Shown: positions 21,470-26,423 of the stretch, in pieces | Layout: each line of letters opens with the position of its first letter | Numbering within the stretch: the first letter of the stretch is position 1 | DNA from: Prevotellaceae bacterium | Lineage (GTDB): Bacteria > Bacteroidota > Bacteroidia > Bacteroidales > UBA932 | Direction: 5' to 3' | DNA length: 26,423 nucleotides | Assembly: GCA_031259935.1 (NCBI GenBank) | Contig: JAIRKV010000032.1 | Coordinates: 1 to 26,423 of the forward strand | Program-made: the position numbers and the translations under genes | Notes under the pieces: generated by a model | Told to the model about the DNA's origin: nothing | Databases searched by the model: none | Seen by the model: only the letters and a program-made list of their open reading frames with translations

Positions 21470-21625
21470 TCGCTCTTTACTGGTAAGATTTATGAGCGTC
21501 AATATAATGCTTGTAAATATTGCAAAAAACTGATAACAAAAATATTGCTTTTCATCGTGATTCTTGATGAAACTATTGATAATAAACAATAAATCATTTT
21601 TATAGACATTAATACGCATATTCAT
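21464..21625 (-). CDS. Possible small hydrophobic protein, 53 aa (tentative)
   Basis: MNMRINVYKNDLLFIINSFIKNHDEKQYFCYQFFAIFTSIILTLINLTSKERM*. It lies between an orphan minus-strand promoter and the terminator, but could be chance in AT-rich DNA. Confidence 0.2.
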   Translation of the reverse strand: MNMRINVYKNDLLFIINSFIKNHDEKQYFCYQFFAIFTSIILTLINLTSKERM

Positions 21626-21784
21626 TAAAAATCATACTGTCCGATAAAAAATAAGAAAGCGGACAATTTTATCATACTTAACCGCTATCAAAATGTACTT
21701 TGTATAAACTGATTATCAATAAAATATCTTTACATTTCAGGTTGTTTTGATACCGTTTTGATATTAATATTTGCATTTTTTCGA

Positions 21785-21792
21785 CAAAGGTA
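21785..21792 (-). promoter_or_regulatory. Orphan -7 promoter element pointing toward rpoC
   Basis: CAAAGGTA = TACCTTTG in the context TTTTTATTACCTTTGTCG on minus; no ORF >=60 aa lies downstream. Confidence 0.5.
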
Positions 21793-21858
21793 ATAAAAAT
21801 CTCTTACACTCATCATTTAATTTATACTGTGTGCCAGCGGGCTAGTATTACTTTTTGT

Positions 21859-21884
21859 ATTGCTTCACTGCGTCAGTAATGAGC
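21859..21884. repeat. Degenerate REP-like half element
   Basis: ATTGCTTCACTGCGTCAGTAATGAGC resembles the left arm of the 5997-6064 element and also sits just 3' of a minus-strand gene (yihA). Confidence 0.35.
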
Positions 21885-21911
21885 GAATAGTCATTAAAAA
21901 TCTCCGTAAAA

Positions 21912-22511
21912 TCAAATCAGCGAGCGGTTTACTTCATCAATATAATTCAGAACATCATCTCTGCCTGCCTTTGTTTCGGACGAAGTATAAAATATTAACG
22001 GCAGTTCTTCCCATGATTCCAGCAACAGTTTTTTATGCGCTTCTATATTCACGGTTAATTTTCCGGCACCGGTTTTATCGGTTTTTGTAAAAATTATTGC
22101 AAAAGGAACGCCATTTTTTCCAAGCAGATTTATAAATTCCGTATCTGCCTTTTGAGGTTCAAGTCGGCTGTCAATTAGCACAAACAGCAACGTCATTTCT
22201 TCTCTGCGTTCAATATAATCAATTATGATTTTAGAAAAACTGCTCCTCTCGGTTTTCGATGCTTTTGCATATCCGTATCCGGGTAAGTCTACAAGATACC
22301 AAGAATTATTTATAAGAAAGTGATTGATTAGACGTGTTTTACCGGGAGTAGATGAAATTTTTGCCAATTTTTTTTTGTTTGCAAGCATGTTTATTAGCGA
22401 AGATTTTCCTACATTTGAACGTCCAATGAAAGCATATTCCGGCAATTTATGTTGCGGACATTGTTCTGTTTTGTTGCTGCTGCATATAAAATCGGCTTGT
22501 TTTATTATCAT
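21912..22511 (-). CDS. yihA: Ribosome biogenesis GTP-binding protein YihA/YsxC (EngB)
   Basis: G1 [18 protein letters not shown]3 DLPGYGY, G4 TKTD. Start moved to ATG 22511 (MIIKQADF) because a -7 element overlaps the longer start at 22532. Confidence 0.95.
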   Translation of the reverse strand: MIIKQADFICSSNKTEQCPQHKLPEYAFIGRSNVGKSSLINMLANKKKLAKISSTPGKTRLINHFLINNSWYLVDLPGYGYAKASKTERSSFSKIIIDYIERREEMTLLFVLIDSRLEPQKADTEFINLLGKNGVPFAIIFTKTDKTGAGKLTVNIEAHKKLLLESWEELPLIFYTSSETKAGRDDVLNYIDEVNRSLI

Positions 22512-22529
22512 TTGGGCACAAATTTTTGA

Positions 22530-22537
22530 CAAAAATA
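22530..22537 (-). promoter_or_regulatory. -7 promoter element for yihA
   Basis: CAAAAATA = TATTTTTG on minus, within the palindrome ATTTTTGACAAAAAT. Confidence 0.5.
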
Positions 22538-22542
22538 TTAAT

Positions 22543-22575
22543 TAAAAAATGAAAAAATGAAAAAAATGAAAAAAT
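22543..22575 (+). repeat. Tandem (A6-7)TG repeat giving three consecutive ATGs
   Basis: TAAAAAATGAAAAAATGAAAAAAATGAAAAAAT; ATGs at 22549, 22557 and 22566. Confidence 0.6.
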
Positions 22576-23042
22576 ATTGGTTTATTATTGCAATTTTGAC
22601 TTGTATATCAGTCGCTTGCAGTTCACAAAAAAAATCAGGTTCAAATTTGGATGTTAATAAGAATCCGCAAACAAATACAAAGAACGAAAGTGTTGGCAAT
22701 CAGAAAGATTTGAGTTTTGAAAACACTAAATGGATTTTAAAAAGTATTGACGGCGAGGAAATTGAAACGCTTCCCAATCCTGCTTATATCATGTTTGGCG
22801 ATGATGAAAGAGTTTCGGGATTTTCAGGCTGTAACGGTTTTGGCGGTTCGTATTATCTGTCGGGTGATATTCTCAAATTGGGCAACCTGATTAGCACTCA
22901 AAAAGGATGTTTATACAAAAATCCCGAACAATTGTTTAATAATGTTCTTTCGCGTGTTGATGCCTGCGTGGTTATCGGCAATAAACTTATTTTCACTCAA
23001 ATGGGCAAAGAAATTGCTACTTTTGAAGGCATGGAAGAATAA
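22566..23042 (+). CDS. META-domain (HslJ-like) lipoprotein (start 22557 or 22566)
   Basis: Lipobox SVAC. META signatures FENTKWILKSIDG, VSGFSGCNGFGGSY, ISTQKGC and LIFTQ. Confidence 0.88.
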   Translation: MKKYWFIIAILTCISVACSSQKKSGSNLDVNKNPQTNTKNESVGNQKDLSFENTKWILKSIDGEEIETLPNPAYIMFGDDERVSGFSGCNGFGGSYYLSGDILKLGNLISTQKGCLYKNPEQLFNNVLSRVDACVVIGNKLIFTQMGKEIATFEGMEE

Positions 23043-23078
23043 AAACGTAAAATAACAGTTACATAAAATTTACAAACA

Positions 23079-24206
23079 ATGAAAAAAATATTACTGCTGT
23101 GTGTAATTGCCGTAATTACAATTACATCCTGTTCAACGCCTGCAGAAAATGGCGCAAAGCACGACAAATCTTTTCCAAATATCAACGTTGCTATTGTCAA
23201 TCCTACTGTTGCAAATATAAAAACGTTCAGATATCTGGTCGATAATAAGATACTTCCCAATATCGACAGTTTTGGAATAATCGGCGTTTATCATGTGAAG
23301 CAAAATTATGATTTTGAACGCAGTCAAAAGTATATAGACGAAAATAATTTGACTGTGAAACTGGTAAAATGTGAAAATGAATTATCGATAAAAAACATAT
23401 ACGCACAAAACGATTGCAGCAATTTGTTTGAAGAAATATTTGAACAGACAAAAGGTGTTTTCTTCTTTGGCGGTCCTGATATTCCGGCAGAATGTTTCAA
23501 CGAAAAAACACATTTAATGTCGGGAATAACCGATCCGTACCGTCATTTTTTTGAACTGTCGTTTCTGTTTCATTTGCTTGGCGGAAATCAAAACGAAAAT
23601 CATACAGCACTGCTTGAAAGCAATCCCGATTATGCGGTTATAGGTTTTTGTCTTGGCATGCAAACGATGAATTGTGCTACAGGCGGCACAATGATTCAGG
23701 ATATTCCGATGGAAGTCTATAATATTTCAACAGTTGAAGATGTTTTGAATATGCCTGATGCGCAGCATAAAAATTATAATTCATATTTTGATTATGATGA
23801 TAAGCTTACAGGTTATAACTTTCATAGAATAAAGCCGAAAGGAGATAACGCTATTTCAAAAATAATCGATAACAGCGAACCTTACGTTTTGAGTTCGCAT
23901 CATCAGGCTGTGAAGGAAACAGGCAAAAATCTTGATATTGCAGCAGTTTCATCCGATGGGAAAATTATTGAAGCACTCGTTCATCAAAAATACAAACATG
24001 TGGTCGGAACTCAGTTTCATCCCGAATATACAGGTTTATATGACAGAGATGCCGTAATAAAATTAAAAAATGATGACGATGAAAATCAGAACTTTCTATC
24101 GCTTTATGCAGGCGAAAAAGGCGAAAATTTCCATCGTGAATACTGGAAAATGATAGGCGAATGGTTAAATTATCTGAAAAAACAGACATCTTTTGCATCA
24201 TTTTGA
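23079..24206 (+). CDS. Peptidase C26 / gamma-glutamyl-gamma-aminobutyrate hydrolase-like class I GATase-fold lipoprotein, 375 aa
   Basis: Lipobox ITSC (Cys18). Motifs FFGGPDIP, GFCLGMQ (Cys191), TGGTMIQDI, SSHHQAV and TQFHPE (His314, Glu316). Confidence 0.85.
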   Translation: MKKILLLCVIAVITITSCSTPAENGAKHDKSFPNINVAIVNPTVANIKTFRYLVDNKILPNIDSFGIIGVYHVKQNYDFERSQKYIDENNLTVKLVKCENELSIKNIYAQNDCSNLFEEIFEQTKGVFFFGGPDIPAECFNEKTHLMSGITDPYRHFFELSFLFHLLGGNQNENHTALLESNPDYAVIGFCLGMQTMNCATGGTMIQDIPMEVYNISTVEDVLNMPDAQHKNYNSYFDYDDKLTGYNFHRIKPKGDNAISKIIDNSEPYVLSSHHQAVKETGKNLDIAAVSSDGKIIEALVHQKYKHVVGTQFHPEYTGLYDRDAVIKLKNDDDENQNFLSLYAGEKGENFHREYWKMIGEWLNYLKKQTSFASF

Positions 24207-24245
24207 GTAAAAAAATCATCTTAATATAAATGTTTAATGCAAATT

Positions 24246-24253
24246 TATTTTTG
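24246..24253 (+). promoter_or_regulatory. -7 promoter element upstream of ECF sigma gene
   Basis: TATTTTTG, 11 nt before ATG 24265. Confidence 0.45.
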
Positions 24254-24264
24254 CTTGCAACAAT

Positions 24265-24807
24265 ATGACTGACGAACAACACTTGGTAGAAGGCTGTATA
24301 AATAAGAATATCAACGCTCAGCGCGAACTGTATGAACGTTATGCAGCGAAAATGCTAAGTTTATGTATAAGATATATGTGTAATGAAGATGAAGCCAGAG
24401 ATGTTATGCACGATGGATTTGTAAGTTTGTTTGATAAAATAAAAAAATTCGACCAAAAAGGTTCACTCGAGGGCTGGATACGTAAGGTCTTTATAAATAT
24501 GTGCCTTGAAAAATTAAGAAAATCGGATAAAATGAAATATCAAAGTATTTACAGCGATAACGATGATTTTCAAATCATTGATAATTCTATGTCAGATGCT
24601 TATAACGAATTGGGAGCAAAAGAACTTATGTGTTTCATAGGTGAATTGCCCGCATCGTTTCGCAGTGTTTTTAATCTGCATGCAATAGAAGGTTATTCAC
24701 ATGACGAAATTGCAAAAATACTTGGAATTGCACAGACAACCGTAAGATCCAACTATTCGAGAGCAAGGATTTTATTACAGAAAAAAATAAGATTAATGTA
24801 TAAATAA
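24265..24807 (+). CDS. ECF-type RNA polymerase sigma-70 factor, 180 aa
   Basis: Region 2 AQRELYERY...EARDVMHDGF...GSLEGWIRKVFIN. Region 4 ELPASFRSVFNLHAIEGYSHDEIAKILGIAQTTVRSNYSRAR. Confidence 0.95.
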   Translation: MTDEQHLVEGCINKNINAQRELYERYAAKMLSLCIRYMCNEDEARDVMHDGFVSLFDKIKKFDQKGSLEGWIRKVFINMCLEKLRKSDKMKYQSIYSDNDDFQIIDNSMSDAYNELGAKELMCFIGELPASFRSVFNLHAIEGYSHDEIAKILGIAQTTVRSNYSRARILLQKKIRLMYK

Positions 24808-24819
24808 GTATGATAAATT

Positions 24820-26160
24820 ATGAATACAGACAAGTTGAAAGATTTATTTCATGAAAAATTGTACAACCACGAAACCGAAGTACAACAATCAGACTGGGAA
24901 ATTATAAGCGAGCGCATCAGGAAAAAACAGCGCCGCAAAATCATTCCGCTGTTTTATATTTACGGTACAACAGGAGTTGCCGCTGCTCTGCTGATTATCA
25001 TGTTTCTGATAAAACCTGACAGTGAAAACGTCAACAACAGCATTACAGGTAAAACAAATACACAATTACAACCCGAAAAAACCGCCGAAACACAGACAGT
25101 CGACAGTCAAAATAAAAATATTGAAAAAAATAACAGCGCTGAAAATACAAGCCAAAATAAAATTACCGACATAATTGCAAATACAAATAAACCTGATGAA
25201 ACAGCAGATATTCAATATAATGAATACAATGACGAAATAAAACCAAACAGGGAAACAAACGAAGATATAAATATAAACACTGCTGATAAAATCGAAAAAA
25301 TAAATAACAGTCTGTTTGCCATTAACGGCAGAATTGAAAAAATTGAAGAAATATATTCCGAAAATCTTATAGCACAAAAAACAGCAACATCGTATTCGGC
25401 TGAAAAACAGGAGACAGAATCAGCCGACAGTCAGGAAACCCTGCAAAAAAACACTGACGATGAATGGTGGAATCAATCTGAAACTGAAACAGCAAAAGAA
25501 AACCGCAAAAACAAATGGACGGTTGCATTAGTATCGGGAAACAATACGGGAGCAGGCTCAACAGTAAGCGATTTCACAAAAGTCGAATCAAAATATAACG
25601 CAATACAGTCTGATTATAACGTATTACCGCCTCTTATGGCAGCAATGCCCGAAAGTTTGAAAGAAGAATCCAAAATCAATTTCAGACACAAATATCCTTT
25701 AAATTTAGGCATACGTATCAAAAAAAGTTTGGGCAAGCGCATAATTGTAAAAACGGGACTGTCATATTCATATTTTCTGTCGGAATTTAATGATTCGGAA
25801 AGAAAAATTCAACAGCAGATTCATTATGTCGGCATACCTGTTGGCGCTGAATTTTTATTATGGGAAAAAAATAATTTCAATATTTACCTGTCGGGCGAAT
25901 TTGCCTTTGAAAAAGGAATATTACACGTTTTCAGAGAATCCATTTATGATATTTATAAACCGCACAACGGCAGCGTGAGAGGTTTACAGTTTTCGACAAA
26001 TGCGGGTTTGGGTATTTCGTACAATTTTATAAAAAATATTGGTATTTATGTTGAACCCAATGCCGTTTACTATATAAAAGACAATCGTCAGCCTCAAAGT
26101 TTCAGAACTGAAAAAACATTTAATTTCGGATTGAACGTCGGTTTCAAATATGATTTTTAA
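24820..26160 (+). CDS. Putative anti-sigma-like protein: cytoplasmic N-domain, TM helix, low-complexity linker, C-terminal outer-membrane beta-barrel (PorT/OmpA-like), 446 aa
   Basis: aa1-40 are charged (LFHEKLYNHE..DWEIISERI, KKQRRK); aa41-64 are hydrophobic; aa65-~231 are N/E/K/T/D-rich; aa~232-446 contain amphipathic strands (KTGLSYS, YVGIPVG, IYVEPNAVYY, FGLNVGFKYDF) ending in Phe. Confidence 0.8.
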   Translation: MNTDKLKDLFHEKLYNHETEVQQSDWEIISERIRKKQRRKIIPLFYIYGTTGVAAALLIIMFLIKPDSENVNNSITGKTNTQLQPEKTAETQTVDSQNKNIEKNNSAENTSQNKITDIIANTNKPDETADIQYNEYNDEIKPNRETNEDININTADKIEKINNSLFAINGRIEKIEEIYSENLIAQKTATSYSAEKQETESADSQETLQKNTDDEWWNQSETETAKENRKNKWTVALVSGNNTGAGSTVSDFTKVESKYNAIQSDYNVLPPLMAAMPESLKEESKINFRHKYPLNLGIRIKKSLGKRIIVKTGLSYSYFLSEFNDSERKIQQQIHYVGIPVGAEFLLWEKNNFNIYLSGEFAFEKGILHVFRESIYDIYKPHNGSVRGLQFSTNAGLGISYNFIKNIGIYVEPNAVYYIKDNRQPQSFRTEKTFNFGLNVGFKYDF

Positions 26161-26257
26161 TTAGTCGCTCCTTAAAATAAAAAAAATCAGCAATAATACG
26201 ATGAAACCTTTGCAAGGCGAAATTATTGATAAAATGTTAATATTTAGTTGATTATAA

Positions 26258-26289
26258 TTTGTTTATGTGGAATATTTCGTGTATCTTTG
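26258..26289 (+). promoter_or_regulatory. -33/-7 promoter for the transposase
   Basis: TTTG (26258-26261), 20 nt spacer, TATCTTTG (26282-26289): an exact Bacteroidetes consensus. Confidence 0.7.
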
Positions 26290-26317
26290 TATCATGTGCA
26301 ATAAAAAAAGAAAACAA

Positions 26318-26423
26318 ATGGGCTTTAGTGACACTTATGTGGAAAAACGTGTTCGTAAGAATGTGTTTTTCAAGCACATCAATATACTTATTGACTGGTC
26401 GGCGCTGGAAAAAGAAATTGATA
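26318..26423 (+). CDS. IS5-family transposase N-terminus (3'-truncated; in-frame upstream ATG at 26294)
   Basis: MGFSDTYVEKRVRKNVFFKHINILIDWSALEKEID, open to the window end. The F-x-D...F...I..LIDW..LE..I pattern is that of IS5-type transposase N-termini. Confidence 0.7.
   Translation, partial: MGFSDTYVEKRVRKNVFFKHINILIDWSALEKEID

Larger units (their letters stand above)
26203..26423 (+). mobile_element. Left end of an IS5-family insertion sequence (runs off window)
   Basis: Putative terminal IR GAAACCTTTGCAAG at 26203, followed by an internal promoter and a transposase-like N-terminus. Confidence 0.65.

Noticed and set aside
25015-25510. Weak internal similarity in the barrel protein linker (ETQTVDSQ vs ETESADSQ; IEKINN vs IEKIEE)
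   Set aside because: Explained by low-complexity composition; not a true tandem repeat.
1-26423. CRISPR array, prophage or alternative genetic code
   Set aside because: No regularly spaced repeats or phage genes; all conserved genes translate full-length in the standard code, with TAA, TAG and TGA all used as stops.

Overview
AT-rich Bacteroidota (probably Bacteroidales) chromosomal window. The lineage call rests on TAnnTTTG -7 promoter elements, A-rich start contexts without Shine-Dalgarno sites, a SusC/SusD pair and the protein sequences. Left to right: (i) the 3' end of a polysaccharide-utilisation locus, comprising the SusC C-terminus, SusD, an Ig/PKD+GH18-fold lipoprotein with a degenerate catalytic motif, and a canonical GH18 lipoprotein; (ii) minus-strand housekeeping genes rnhA, pdxA, trmD and lpxD; (iii) the core cluster tRNA-Thr/Tyr/Gly/Thr, tuf, tRNA-Trp, secE, nusG, rplK, rplA, rplJ, rplL, rpoB, rpoC; (iv) a ~530 bp gap with an orphan promoter and small ORFs, then yihA; (v) a META lipoprotein, a lipoprotein-type peptidase C26, an ECF sigma factor, and a partner predicted to have an N-terminal cytoplasmic domain, one TM helix, a long linker and an outer-membrane beta-barrel; (vi) the left end of an IS5-family element. 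The best candidates for under-described systems are the ECF sigma/trans-envelope beta-barrel pair and the dead-plus-active GH18 pair in the PUL. All calls come from reading motifs by eye; no searches were run.
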